Assembly (NCBI GenBank): GCA_050250895.1
Contig: JBFWNU010000006.1
Span: 411,720 to 475,719, forward strand
Length of the DNA: 64,000 nt
Reading direction: 5' to 3'
Source: Vulcanimicrobiota bacterium
GTDB taxonomy: Bacteria > Vulcanimicrobiota > Xenobia > Xenobiales > JADMJV01
In this document: positions 1 to 9,810 of the stretch, piece by piece
Numbering within the stretch: position 1 is the stretch's first letter
Layout of the letters: every line of letters starts with the position of its first letter
Notes under the pieces: model-generated
Seen by the model: only the letters and a program-made list of their open reading frames with translations
The model's database searches: none
What the model was told of the DNA's origin: nothing
Translations under genes and position numbers: made by a program

Positions 1-588
1 GCTGCTGAACATGGGCCCGGGTGCCCCCTCGCTGGCGAGGCGTCCCAAGAGCTGATCGAGCAGCCGGACGGCCAGCCCCAGGGCCTGGGCCCGTTGTTGA
101 GCGTCGCTGCTGTCGAGGCGTTCTTCGAACAGACTCAGCAGGGTAGGGAAGTCCTGCCCCTGGGTCAAGCTGAGCAGGTAGGGTCTCGAGGCGGTCAATT
201 CGGACTCGAGCTCGTCGAGCTGCTGGTTGGTCAGGAAGAACAGCCCCCGCTCTCTGAGGTAGGTTAGATCGAGCTTGTAGAAAGCGTGGCTGAAGAACTG
301 CGGCTCGGCCTCGAGACGTTCTTGCAACTGCTCGAGAAAGCTCAGGCGGCTGGCCAGCGGACCTCGATCGACGAGCACGGCAATGTCGTGAGGCAAAGGA
401 AACTTCTCTTTGTAGCGCCGAATCTGCTGGATGTAGGGGTCATCTTCGCGAAACAGATACGACCAATCGGTCTGCAGGTCGAGCCGCAGCGAGGTCAGCA
501 CGAGACAAGCGATCCCAATAATCACAGCTACCAACAGGGTCGGCACCGGATTGCGAAAGGCGCCTCTGGCGATTGTTACTTGCAGCAT
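1..588 (-). CDS. MMPL/RND-family transporter (HpnN-like), N-terminal part; runs off the window edge
   Basis: Manual translation from ATG at 588: MLQVTIARGAFRNPVPTLLVAVIIGIACLVLTSLRLDLQTDWSYLFREDDPY..., one TM helix then the typical MMPL periplasmic start; open to position 1; not in the ORF track. Confidence 0.7.
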   Translation of the reverse strand, partial: MLQVTIARGAFRNPVPTLLVAVIIGIACLVLTSLRLDLQTDWSYLFREDDPYIQQIRRYKEKFPLPHDIAVLVDRGPLASRLSFLEQLQERLEAEPQFFSHAFYKLDLTYLRERGLFFLTNQQLDELESELTASRPYLLSLTQGQDFPTLLSLFEERLDSSDAQQRAQALGLAVRLLDQLLGRLASEGAPGPMFSS

Positions 589-654
589 CGGCAAACGCCG
601 CGTTCTTCTCGCCCTGGGTCTGCCCCTCTACCGTGGGAGAGAAAGGAACTGACG

Positions 655-1650
655 ATGAGTTTTCGAGTCCACGTGACCCGCCCCATTCCCGAGGCAGGCT
701 TGGAGCAGTTGCGGGCGGCGGGTTTTGCCGTGACGGTACCGAGCGAACTGGGCACTCCGTCGCGGGCTCAGCTGCTCGAGGCTTGCGAGTCGGTGGACGG
801 GATCGTGTCGCTGCTGACCGAGAAGATCGATGCCGAACTCTTCGAGCGAGCCCCGCGCCTCAAGGTGGTCTGCAACATGGCGGTAGGCTATGACAATGTC
901 GAGATGGCCGAGGCGACCCGGAGGGGAATCCTGGTCTGCAACACCCCCGGGGTGTTGACCGAGACCACGGCCGATTTCACCTGGGCCCTGATGCTGGCTG
1001 TGGCCCGGCGAGTAGTCGAAGGTCACGCCCTGGTGACCGAAGGCAAGTTCGACGCCTGGGGGCCCCTGATGCTGTTGGGACATGACCTCTACGGTCAGGC
1101 GCTCGGGATCGTGGGCATGGGTCGCATCGGACGAGCCGTGGCCCGGCGCGCCGTCGGATTTGGCATGCGAGTCGTTTTTGCCTCAAGCTCGAGCACTCCC
1201 GAAGAGATCGCCCTGGGTCTCGGCACGGTTGCGCGTCGAGTCGGGCTCGAGCAGTTGCTGGCCGAGAGCGACTATGTCAGCCTGCATACTCCCCTCACGC
1301 CAGCAACGTATCACCTCATCGATGCGTCTGCCCTGGCCCGGATGAAACCGACAGCTTTCTTGATTAACACCAGCCGCGGTCCGGTGGTGGATGAACAGGC
1401 TCTAGTCGAGGCTCTGCGCGCGGGGCGCCTGGCCGGAGCAGGCCTCGACGTTTTCGAGCGCGAGCCGCAGGTGCATCCGGCGTTGTTCGGATTGCCCGGG
1501 GTGGTGCTGGCGCCCCACGCGGCGAGCGCCAGCGTGGCCACCCGCAATCGCATGGCGACCATGGCTACCGGTCAGATGGTCGACGTCTTGTCGGGTCGTC
1601 GGCCGCCGCATCCGGTCAATCCCCAGGTCTGGCCTGGCCCTAAGAACTAA
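655..1650 (+). CDS. D-2-hydroxyacid dehydrogenase (glyoxylate reductase/D-glycerate dehydrogenase)
   Basis: AVGYDN, NTPGVLTETTAD, GIVGMGRIG, INTSRGPVVDE, GLDVFEREP and PHAAS motifs; ATG at 655 follows AAAGGA, so the ORF extension to 286 is rejected. Confidence 0.92.
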   Translation: MSFRVHVTRPIPEAGLEQLRAAGFAVTVPSELGTPSRAQLLEACESVDGIVSLLTEKIDAELFERAPRLKVVCNMAVGYDNVEMAEATRRGILVCNTPGVLTETTADFTWALMLAVARRVVEGHALVTEGKFDAWGPLMLLGHDLYGQALGIVGMGRIGRAVARRAVGFGMRVVFASSSSTPEEIALGLGTVARRVGLEQLLAESDYVSLHTPLTPATYHLIDASALARMKPTAFLINTSRGPVVDEQALVEALRAGRLAGAGLDVFEREPQVHPALFGLPGVVLAPHAASASVATRNRMATMATGQMVDVLSGRRPPHPVNPQVWPGPKN

Positions 1651-1652
1651 AG

Positions 1653-1673
1653 AGCCGGGCTCAGGGCCCGGCT
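1653..1673. terminator. Hairpin between convergent genes, probable intrinsic terminator
   Basis: AGCCGGGC-tcagg-GCCCGGCT. Confidence 0.55.
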
Positions 1674-1699
1674 TGACCTTCGTCCTCGCCGCTGGGGGT

Positions 1700-2692
1700 T
1701 CAAGAGGCCGAGGGAGATTCGGCCCCTCCGCGACTGAGCCTGAGTTCGCCGCTATCGATGCGCCAACCCGACGAAGTGCGAACCACGAGGTAGCTGCCAC
1801 GATAGGTGCGGGCTTCGTCGGCCTCTTGCATGTCGACCACGAAATCGACCTGCACCTGGTTTTCGGTGATGGACTGGTGATTCTCGATGCGACAACCCAC
1901 CGCGTGAGTCTGCTCGAAGCCGGCCACGAACGAGTCGTAAGGCAGTTCAGAGCGCCAACCCTGACTGAGCAGGTCGTAGGCGACGTTGAAGTTACCTCGG
2001 TCGATGGCTTGATAGAATCCGAGGACGGCGCCTCGGGCCTCGAGCGCCTGGTTTTGATTCACCTGGGCTTGAGCCGAATAATTAGGTGGCGCCACTGGCC
2101 GGGCCCGATGCAGCCGGATGGCGAGCCAGCCCAGCAGCGGGATCGACAAGACGATCAACAATACCCCGGCCAGTTTGAGCGACTCGCTCATCACGCTGGC
2201 GGTTGATTGAGCCGATCGTTTGAGCCACGCCTCGGCACGGCTGGCGCGGTAAGCCACCAGGTACTGCACGGCTCGGCCCACAAAACTGATCTTCTTGCGG
2301 TCTATCTGCAGCCGAGGGCGCCGCGGGGCGGTCGGTTGCGAAGCCGGGTTGGTGACGGAGCGAGCAGCCACGGGTCGAGTGACCGGGGCCTCTTCCTCTT
2401 CTTCGTAGCCGCCGTTCTCGATGACCTCTTCAGCGGGTTCATCCGCCTCGGCTACTTCGACTTCTTCAGGCTCGGGCTCTGGAATTGGCTCGGGCTCGGC
2501 CACCGGAGCCGGGGCGGCTTTGGCCGGGGCGGCTTTGGGAGCCTCGGCGGCTTCGCCACCCTCGGCCACCTCTACGACCGAGGAGCCTTTGTGTCCGGTT
2601 TTGCGCTGGTGCCGTCGTAGGGTGATAGCATGGGGAAATTCTTCTCCACACTCACCACAGATGTGCTTGTTCTTCTTCTTGCCGTCTGCCAT
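1700..2692 (-). CDS. Membrane protein: N-terminal C2H2 zinc finger, acidic/Pro linker, one TM helix, C-terminal NTF2-like domain
   Basis: CGECGEEFPHAITLRRHQRKTGH; TM LAGVLLIVLSIPLLGWLAI; FYQAIDRGNFNVAYDLLS...GWRID. Confidence 0.7.
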   Translation of the reverse strand: MADGKKKNKHICGECGEEFPHAITLRRHQRKTGHKGSSVVEVAEGGEAAEAPKAAPAKAAPAPVAEPEPIPEPEPEEVEVAEADEPAEEVIENGGYEEEEEAPVTRPVAARSVTNPASQPTAPRRPRLQIDRKKISFVGRAVQYLVAYRASRAEAWLKRSAQSTASVMSESLKLAGVLLIVLSIPLLGWLAIRLHRARPVAPPNYSAQAQVNQNQALEARGAVLGFYQAIDRGNFNVAYDLLSQGWRSELPYDSFVAGFEQTHAVGCRIENHQSITENQVQVDFVVDMQEADEARTYRGSYLVVRTSSGWRIDSGELRLSRGGAESPSAS

Positions 2693-2884
2693 GTCTTCTA
2701 GTCTATCCTGAGACTACCGAATTGAGGGCGCAATTTGTTTGAAAATTCTGTAGAACTTGTAAACGACCTTTAAAAAGGTGTTAACAAATCCTCGTTAGGC
2801 AAACTCGAAGACAGGCGGTTCTTCTTATCACCGACTGGGGTCTGACCACAGGGGAATCGCCCTCAAAGAAGAACTCTGGCCGCC

Positions 2885-4315
2885 GTGAAGCCGATCTTGG
2901 TGATTTGTGGCGCGGGTCAGACCGGCGCCGTGCTGGCTGAGCGCGCCATCTCTCATTGGCGCGTGACGATGATTGACATCGAACCGAATCGGGGCGAAGG
3001 GTTGCCCGACGAGGTGATTTTTCACCCGGGTGATGCTACCAGCAGCCTGGTCCTGAAGAAGGCCGAGGTCGACAAAGCCCATTTCGTGGTAGCGGCTACC
3101 GGTGACGACGAGGTCAATTTCGAGGTCTGCCGGATGGTGCGCGATCGATTCGAGGTAGCGAACTGTCTGGCTCTGGTCCATCAGGTAGGCCGGCGCGCCC
3201 AATTTGAAGCGATCGGGGCTCGCGTGGTCAGCCGGCCACGCTCGGTGGCCTCGATCGTCGAGTCACAGCTCGATGCCGGGCGGCGCACCACCTCGGATAT
3301 CGGTCTGGGTCAGGGCGAGATCTACGAGGTCACGGTCCAGCCGCATTCTCCCGTGGTGGGCAAGTCGCTGGCGGTGCTGCGACCCCAAAGCTGGATCTTG
3401 GGAGCTATCTATCGCAAGGATCGACTGGTGGTGCCCCACGGCCAAACCCAGATTGAAGCGGGTGATCGCTGTCTGCTCATCGGCCATCCCGAAATCCTCC
3501 CCGGTATCGCTGACTATTTTCAGCGGGGCACCTCGGAGTTTCCACTCCAGTTCGGGACCACCTTTGGGGTCCTGGCCGACTCGTCCGGAGTGCCCTGGGA
3601 AGAGGTCGCCTGGCTGGTCGAGCATTCGGCTGCCCGCGAGGGCCGGTTGTTGGTCCCCAAGGAGCTACCCGGGCAATGGGGCGCGAGCCTGGCCGACAAA
3701 GCCGGCTTCCACGAGAAGGTCTATCCCCTCGATGGCCGTTGGCCCACCAACTTTCAGGAGGTGGAAGAAGAGATCGATAACGCCTGCCTGGTCGTTCCCG
3801 CCCCCGAGGTCGATTGGCGAGATCGCTTCGGCTTTGGCAACCGGGCTTTGATGGACATCCTCGACGAGACCAGTGAGCCCGTCCTGATCGCTCGGGGCAG
3901 CCATCCCTACAAGCGAATCCTGCTGGCCGTCTCGCCCGGCGCGGGCACCTCCAGGGCGGCCGAATTGGCTGTCGACGTGACTCGCAAGTTCTCGGCCCAG
4001 CTGACGGCGGTGGGCGTGTGCCCCGCCGACATCGTGGGTGGCGAGGACTTTCGCCAGGAGGTGCAAGAGTACCTGAGTCAGGTGCGGTCGATCGCCAATC
4101 TCTACAATCAGGAAGTCAAGGTGCAACTGGTCGACGGCAATCCCGTCCATCAGTTGACCAGCTTGGCCGAAGAGTTCGACCTGCTGGTGGTGGCCCACCG
4201 CCGCCGGCGGCAGTTCACCCTGACTCGGATCGATGTGTCTCGCCACCTCATGCTGAGGTCGCCGTGCTCGGTGATGGTGCTACCCTTCCTCAAGGAAAAC
4301 GTCCATGGAAGGTGA
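2885..4315 (+). CDS. TrkA-N (RCK_N) + TrkA-C (RCK_C) + universal stress protein domain fusion
   Basis: ICGAGQTG, GDAT, ATGDDEVN; SPVVGKSL...AIYR...VPHG; YKRILLAVS...LLVV...SPCSVMV. Confidence 0.85.
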   Translation: MKPILVICGAGQTGAVLAERAISHWRVTMIDIEPNRGEGLPDEVIFHPGDATSSLVLKKAEVDKAHFVVAATGDDEVNFEVCRMVRDRFEVANCLALVHQVGRRAQFEAIGARVVSRPRSVASIVESQLDAGRRTTSDIGLGQGEIYEVTVQPHSPVVGKSLAVLRPQSWILGAIYRKDRLVVPHGQTQIEAGDRCLLIGHPEILPGIADYFQRGTSEFPLQFGTTFGVLADSSGVPWEEVAWLVEHSAAREGRLLVPKELPGQWGASLADKAGFHEKVYPLDGRWPTNFQEVEEEIDNACLVVPAPEVDWRDRFGFGNRALMDILDETSEPVLIARGSHPYKRILLAVSPGAGTSRAAELAVDVTRKFSAQLTAVGVCPADIVGGEDFRQEVQEYLSQVRSIANLYNQEVKVQLVDGNPVHQLTSLAEEFDLLVVAHRRRRQFTLTRIDVSRHLMLRSPCSVMVLPFLKENVHGR

Positions 4316-5504
4316 GGGGGCACTGTTCGACACCACTACCGCCAAAGCGCTGGCGGTCATCTCGATCGGAGCTTTCGCCATCCCTCTCGGGTGCCGTCGC
4401 ATCCGGCTGCCGGCGGCGGTGGGCGAGATTCTCTATGGAGTGGTGGTTGGCCCCTATCTGCTGGGCTGGGTCCAGCCCACCGATTTCATCCATCTAGCCG
4501 CTCATCTTGGTTTTTTCATGTTGATGTTCATTGCCGGCCTCGAGTTGGACTTTCGGCGCATCGAACGGGTGGGCCGGCCCGCCCTGGCCAGGGGGGCATC
4601 CATTGCCGGGTTGGTGATGGTGGGGGGATTCACGCTGGCCTACGCCTTCGGCTGGCCCTGGTTCACGGGAATGGTGCTCTCGGCCGTCTCCATCGGGGTC
4701 CCCATCGCCCTGTTGCAAGAGACCGGGCTGGGGCGCAAGCCGCTGGGTCAGGACCTCTTGCTGGTCGGCTCGATCGGAGAGTTCTTCAGCATCTTGCTGG
4801 CCACCGGAGTCAACGCCTTCGCCACATCAGGCGGCTGGAATCTCGAGTTTCTACGCGAACTGGGTGGACTGGTGGCCGTGTTTGCCCTGGCCTATCTGGT
4901 GCTGGTGGTCTTGCGCACCTGGGTCTGGTGGCAGTCTGAGGCTTTCGCCCGCATCGTCGAATCCCACGACCCTTCCGAGGTCGGCGTGCGAGCCGGTTTA
5001 GCTTTGATGTTCGTGTTCGTTTGCGTGACTACTTATCTGGGCATCGACCCCATTCTGGGGGCCTTTCTGGCCGGAGCTCTGTTCAGCTTCGTATTTCGGG
5101 CTCGCGGCCCTCTCGAACTCAAGTTCATGAGTCTGGGCAACGGATTTTTCGTGCCTTTTTTCTTCATTAGCGTCGGGCTCGACTTCAATCTGCCCAAGGC
5201 TCTCGAAGGCGATTTCTGGCTGGTGGTCAAGATGCTGCTTTCTCTGTTCGTGGTGAGAGCCGTGGCCTTCTTGTTCGTGGGGTCCGATGAGCAGACCCCG
5301 CTCGAGGGAGTGATCGGGGCTCTGCTGTTGTCAGCGCCCCTGACGCTGTTGGTAGTGGTGGCCAATCTTGGCCTCAATCTGGGCTTTATCGACCGCTCTT
5401 TTCATGCCACGGTGATCCTGCTGGCCGTCTTGTCGGCGGTCTGTTACCCTTTCTTGTTCAAGCTGGTCCTGCGCCGGGCGGAAGGCCCATCCCCAGCTGG
5501 CTGA
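4305..5504 (+). CDS. Cation:proton antiporter (CPA2 family)
   Basis: Many TM helices; VGEILYGVVVGP, LMFIAGLELD, LGAFLAG, FFVPFFFISVG; overlaps the upstream gene. Confidence 0.9.
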   Translation: MEGEGALFDTTTAKALAVISIGAFAIPLGCRRIRLPAAVGEILYGVVVGPYLLGWVQPTDFIHLAAHLGFFMLMFIAGLELDFRRIERVGRPALARGASIAGLVMVGGFTLAYAFGWPWFTGMVLSAVSIGVPIALLQETGLGRKPLGQDLLLVGSIGEFFSILLATGVNAFATSGGWNLEFLRELGGLVAVFALAYLVLVVLRTWVWWQSEAFARIVESHDPSEVGVRAGLALMFVFVCVTTYLGIDPILGAFLAGALFSFVFRARGPLELKFMSLGNGFFVPFFFISVGLDFNLPKALEGDFWLVVKMLLSLFVVRAVAFLFVGSDEQTPLEGVIGALLLSAPLTLLVVVANLGLNLGFIDRSFHATVILLAVLSAVCYPFLFKLVLRRAEGPSPAG

Positions 5505-5934
5505 CCTCGTCGAGGGTTTGGACCCTCCAGGTGGGCAAGATATTGCGGTGATTGGGGATGGACACCAACAAGAGGACCCAATCCCGAGTCAGATGTCCGA
5601 AGGCCAACACTCCCGCCGCCAGCACCATGAGCAAGCCGACGGGGGTCTTCCAGTAGGGGGTCCAACCCAGCAGGTGAAGGAGCAGACCCTGAGCGACCAC
5701 CGTCATTCCGACCAGGCTCTCGACACAGATCATCGACGACTTGACCCCCTCCTGGCGAGCCTCTTCGCAGCGACATTGGCGTAAGAGATAGAGATCGCGG
5801 AGCAGTCCGTAGCCTAGTAGCAGCACGCCGCCCCCCCAGAGCAAGGCAGCGGCCGGCCAGGTGACGGTGGCCGAAACGCCGGCCCACACTCCGACGCCAC
5901 TCAGGCCCAACAGGGTACACATCCAGTAGAACAT
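5458..5934 (-). CDS. Hypothetical membrane protein (about 4 TM)
   Basis: Hydrophobic segments; GGAGG SD before the ATG; 3' end overlaps the antiporter. Confidence 0.55.
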   Translation of the reverse strand: MFYWMCTLLGLSGVGVWAGVSATVTWPAAALLWGGGVLLLGYGLLRDLYLLRQCRCEEARQEGVKSSMICVESLVGMTVVAQGLLLHLLGWTPYWKTPVGLLMVLAAGVLAFGHLTRDWVLLLVSIPNHRNILPTWRVQTLDEVSQLGMGLPPGAGPA

Positions 5935-5987
5935 CGCAAATCGCCTCCCAAAGCGGAAACGCCATATAGGGAGCGAAAGTTCCCGGC

Positions 5988-7739
5988 GTGAGGTTGCTGT
6001 TCGACCGCCCTTTCTCGGGCCTGTTCTGGGCCCAGGCCCTGGGGGCTTTTAACGATAACCTGTACCGCACCGCCCTGGTGTGGTGGTTGGTGCAGCACCA
6101 GCCCCGCTGGCCGGCTCACGAGTGGGCCCTGGTCACCGGGGCTTTGCTGATGGCTCCCTTCATCCTGGCCTCGGGCCAGGCGGGTCAACTGGCCGACCGT
6201 CTCGACAAAGCTCAGCTTTTGCGGGGGTTGAAGTTACTCGAACTGGTGCCCGTGGGAGTGGCCATGGTGGGCTTGCACCTGGGCCATCCGCTCTGGCTCG
6301 TGGCTGCCCTGGTGTTGCTCGGCCTTCAGTCGGCCCTGCTGGGACCGGTGAAGTATGCGATGTTGCCCGACCTGCTCCCTCAGCGACAGTTGGTGGAAGG
6401 CAACGCCCTCTTGGAGAGCGGCGCCCGGGTGGCCATCCTGGCCGGCGTCCTGGTCGGCGGGGTGGTCCCGGAAACCCTGTTGGGACCAGCCATGGCCTGG
6501 GTCACCGGGCTGGGCTACCTGGCCGCCCGACGGGTGACGGCGGGTCGGCCGGCCGCCCCAGACCTGAGGTTGGACCTCGACCCGGTGAGGGCCAGCCTGG
6601 CTTGTCTAAGACTGGTCCGCCAGCAGCGGGCAGTGGCACTGTCCTGCTTGGGGATCGCCTGGTTCTGGTTGCTGGGCAGCTTGTTTCTGGGGCTGGGCTC
6701 GGACAACCCCGAGTTACTGGCCCTTTTTCTGGTCGGGGTTGCAGCCGGAGCCACTTTCTGTCGCCGGGTCAGCTTCGGGCGCACGGAACTGGGGCTGGTT
6801 CCCATTGGATCGGCCGGCATCAGTCTGTTCTGTCTTGACCTGAGCTTCGCCACCTCGCTCTGGCGAAGCTGGCTCGACCTGTTCGGAGTCTCTTTTTGCG
6901 CGGGCTTGTTCGTCATTCCGCTCTACGCCCTGGTGCAGGAACGCTCTCCAGTCGAGGCTAGAGCTCGCGTGCTGGCGGGAGCCAACCTGGTCAGCGCCAC
7001 TTTCATGGTAGCAGGCTCTCTGGCTCTGGTAGCCCTGACCCGTGCAGGACTGGGGATTCCGGCTGGGCTGGTGTTCATCAGCCTGCTCAACGGTCTGGTG
7101 GCCTACTATATCTATAGCCTGATCCCCGAATTCGGCCTGCGCTTTGTGGCCTATCTGCTGGCCCACCTTGTCTATCGGCTCCGAACCTTTGACCTGGAGC
7201 GCATTCCAGCCACCGGACCGGCGGTGCTGGTTTGCAATCACATCACCTTCATCGATTGGTTGATCGTGGCCGCGGCCGTGCCGCGACCGGTTCGCTTCGT
7301 CATGTGGTATGCCTATTTCGACGTTCCGGTGGTGAAGCGGCTGTTTCGCGACGCCAGGGTCATTCCGATCGCCCCGGCCCGTAAAGCTCCCGAGATTCTG
7401 GCCGCAGCCTTCGACCGCATCGCCCAGGAACTCGAAGAAGGGCAAGTTGTCTGTATCTTTCCCGAGGGGATGCTCACCCTCGACGGCGAGGTGTCGGAGT
7501 TCAAGCCGGGCATCGAGCGGATCGTGGCCAGAACTCCGGCGCCGGTCGTCCCGATGGCTCTGCGGGGCCTGTGGGGAAGCTTCTTTAGCAAGGCCCGCCA
7601 GGGTGGTTTGAGCCGCCTGCTCACCCATGAACTCCGTTCGCCCATCGAACTGGCCTGTCTCGACCCCGTCCCCGCCCAGGAGGTCTCGGCCGAACGGCTA
7701 AGGGCAGCGGTGTTGGCTTTGAGAGGAGACCGTCGCTAG
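5988..7739 (+). CDS. MFS lysophospholipid transporter (LplT-like) fused to a PlsC-type acyltransferase
   Basis: QALGAFNDN, GQLADR and GPVKYA MFS motifs; NHITFID and IFPEG acyltransferase motifs. Confidence 0.9.
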   Translation: MRLLFDRPFSGLFWAQALGAFNDNLYRTALVWWLVQHQPRWPAHEWALVTGALLMAPFILASGQAGQLADRLDKAQLLRGLKLLELVPVGVAMVGLHLGHPLWLVAALVLLGLQSALLGPVKYAMLPDLLPQRQLVEGNALLESGARVAILAGVLVGGVVPETLLGPAMAWVTGLGYLAARRVTAGRPAAPDLRLDLDPVRASLACLRLVRQQRAVALSCLGIAWFWLLGSLFLGLGSDNPELLALFLVGVAAGATFCRRVSFGRTELGLVPIGSAGISLFCLDLSFATSLWRSWLDLFGVSFCAGLFVIPLYALVQERSPVEARARVLAGANLVSATFMVAGSLALVALTRAGLGIPAGLVFISLLNGLVAYYIYSLIPEFGLRFVAYLLAHLVYRLRTFDLERIPATGPAVLVCNHITFIDWLIVAAAVPRPVRFVMWYAYFDVPVVKRLFRDARVIPIAPARKAPEILAAAFDRIAQELEEGQVVCIFPEGMLTLDGEVSEFKPGIERIVARTPAPVVPMALRGLWGSFFSKARQGGLSRLLTHELRSPIELACLDPVPAQEVSAERLRAAVLALRGDRR

Positions 7740-8446
7740 TGTTCCACCCCCGGGGTCCGACCTTTTTAGAGTTGGCCCGCCAAGCTCTATCTTCTACCGA
7801 GTCGGGATATGATCTGCTGGCTCCCAAGTTCGAGTATACGCCCTACCGCACCCCCGACGAGATCGTGGCCGCGGTGGTCGACCGGGTGGGGGAGGCGGAG
7901 CGGGTGCTCGACCTGGGCTGTGGCACCGGAGCCGGCATGAAGGCGCTCAAAACGCGCTGTCGCGAGGTAGTTGGGATCGACATCTCGGAGGGGATGCTCA
8001 GACAAGGTCGAGAACTCTCGCGAGATTGGCCCGGAGACGCCGAGTTGCGATGGATACGAGGCGACGCCCTGGCGCTGCCCTTCCACCAGGAATTCGACGC
8101 GGTCGTTTGTTTTGGCGCCTTCGGTCACATCCTGCCCGAACAGGAGGCGCAGTTGGTGGACAATATCTACCGGGTCCTGCGGCCGGGTGGACGTTTCGTG
8201 TTCGTGACCTCACCCAGGCCAGGCTTGAACACGCTTCGCTACTGGCGTAGTCGGGGCTTCAATGCCGTGATGAGGGTGCGCAACTGGCTGTGGCGTCCGC
8301 CTTTCATCATGTATTACCTGACGTTCTTGTTGCCCCGGGCCACCCGTTTGCTGCAGGCCCGAGGCTTTGACATAGAAGCCGACTTCAGCCGCCTGTCAGA
8401 GCAACAGCTGGTGTTGGTTCAAGCCCGCCGCCTCCTACCCGAGTAG
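7739..8446 (+). CDS. Class I SAM-dependent methyltransferase
   Basis: VLDLGCGTG, GIDISEGML, GDALALPF, LRPGG. Confidence 0.88.
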   Translation: MFHPRGPTFLELARQALSSTESGYDLLAPKFEYTPYRTPDEIVAAVVDRVGEAERVLDLGCGTGAGMKALKTRCREVVGIDISEGMLRQGRELSRDWPGDAELRWIRGDALALPFHQEFDAVVCFGAFGHILPEQEAQLVDNIYRVLRPGGRFVFVTSPRPGLNTLRYWRSRGFNAVMRVRNWLWRPPFIMYYLTFLLPRATRLLQARGFDIEADFSRLSEQQLVLVQARRLLPE

Positions 8447-8641
8447 GAGGCGCAAACCAGGCCGCTGGTAGAGAACTACCAGTCGAAATCCCTTTGCGCC
8501 AAGATTTTCCCTGATTTACAACTGTTAATTGTATAAAATCTTAGTATTAATTAGTTAAGGGTTTGTCCTCTATCTGGAGGATGTGATCTTCGCACTTGCC
8601 CAGTTATGCTGTAAATGTAACTCTGGAGGGGGAGGTGCGAT

Positions 8642-9133
8642 ATCTTAAACCAACACTCAAGAAAGAAAAGCCTTGGCCTTTCGCTGGCCGAGGTCCTCAT
8701 CGCGGTCTTCGTGGTGGGAGTCGGCGTGCTGGCCACCACCTCGGTGCTATGGTACTCCATCCGAGCCGAGCGTAACTCCGAGCGCCGCTCCCAGGCCGTC
8801 TTCTGGGGGCGGGAGATGCTCAATCTGGTGCGCTCCCGAAATCTGCCCTTCTCGGGTCCCTTTCCCACCGTGGTGAGCGAACTCAACGATGGAAACTACG
8901 ACGACAACAACGATGATAACGGTCCCCGGCGGGCCTTCAACGCCCCACCCTTCGGCAACGATTTCGATGACCCGATGTGCACCAATTTTCAACGTCGCAT
9001 CGAGATGAAATTGCTGTCCACCGACCCCAATAGCCACCTGAGCGACATGGCGGCGATCAAGGTGACGGTCTATTGGAACGAAGGCGCGAGCCAGAAACAG
9101 GTGACCCTATGGGCCTATCATCGCAGACCTTAA
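8642..9133 (+). CDS. Type IV minor pilin/pseudopilin (PilV-like); start uncertain, possibly ATC at 8642
   Basis: The frame reads SRKKSLG|LSLAEVLIAVFVVGVGVL upstream of the track start at 8711; in-frame stop at 8618; SD GGAGGT at 8631-8636. Confidence 0.8.
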   Translation: MLNQHSRKKSLGLSLAEVLIAVFVVGVGVLATTSVLWYSIRAERNSERRSQAVFWGREMLNLVRSRNLPFSGPFPTVVSELNDGNYDDNNDDNGPRRAFNAPPFGNDFDDPMCTNFQRRIEMKLLSTDPNSHLSDMAAIKVTVYWNEGASQKQVTLWAYHRRP

Positions 9134-9810
9134 GAACCCGAGGTTTCAGCCTCATCGAACTGCTGGTGGCCATGGCCATCGGAAGCCTGATCCTGCTCGT
9201 GGTCGCCTTTCTCTATCAGACGGGGCTGTGGGAGTTTCGCCACTCGAGCGGCCGGATCGAGTTGGTCCGCCGCGGCCGCGCGGCTCTCGATAAGTCGCAA
9301 CCCTACATTTGCTCGGCCATCCGCCCAGGTGGCACGGCCGGGCCCGAGGCCATCACCTTTCCCATCACTCCCAGTGATGATCTCCACGATGCGCCCTCCT
9401 CGCGCTTGCAGTTCACGACCCCCATCGACTTCTTGGGGGGGGCGCCTCTACCCAGCGCTCGCGAACTCAAAGCCAATCCTGTCTACTACTTCTATGAACT
9501 GGCCGAGGTGCCAGGGCCGGCCGGCCGGGGTAACGAGTTGGTGTTACGTCGCTACGTCGACGAGTTGACTCCTGATACGACGGTCGCCCCCCTGGTGATC
9601 GCCCGTGATTTGGGCGTGCCTGACGGCGCTGGCGGCTTCCGCGATGGCTTCGTGGTGCGTTACCTGCGGCCAGGAGCGGTCGAATTGCAGGTGCAGGTCT
9701 GCAGCCAGCTCCTGAGTGACCGGGTCGAGCGCAATCGGGTCGAGTCGCGCACGCCCCTGGTCATCCGCATGTCCAGCATTATCCAGATCCCCTACTACAG
9801 CCAACAGTAA
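9109..9810 (+). CDS. Type IV minor pilin (PilW-like)
   Basis: Class III signal RTRG|FSLIELLVAMAIG. Confidence 0.85.
   Translation: MGLSSQTLRTRGFSLIELLVAMAIGSLILLVVAFLYQTGLWEFRHSSGRIELVRRGRAALDKSQPYICSAIRPGGTAGPEAITFPITPSDDLHDAPSSRLQFTTPIDFLGGAPLPSARELKANPVYYFYELAEVPGPAGRGNELVLRRYVDELTPDTTVAPLVIARDLGVPDGAGGFRDGFVVRYLRPGAVELQVQVCSQLLSDRVERNRVESRTPLVIRMSSIIQIPYYSQQ

Noticed and set aside
286-654. N-terminal extension of the dehydrogenase ORF
   Set aside because: Overlaps the minus-strand MMPL gene; the SD and family motifs start at 655
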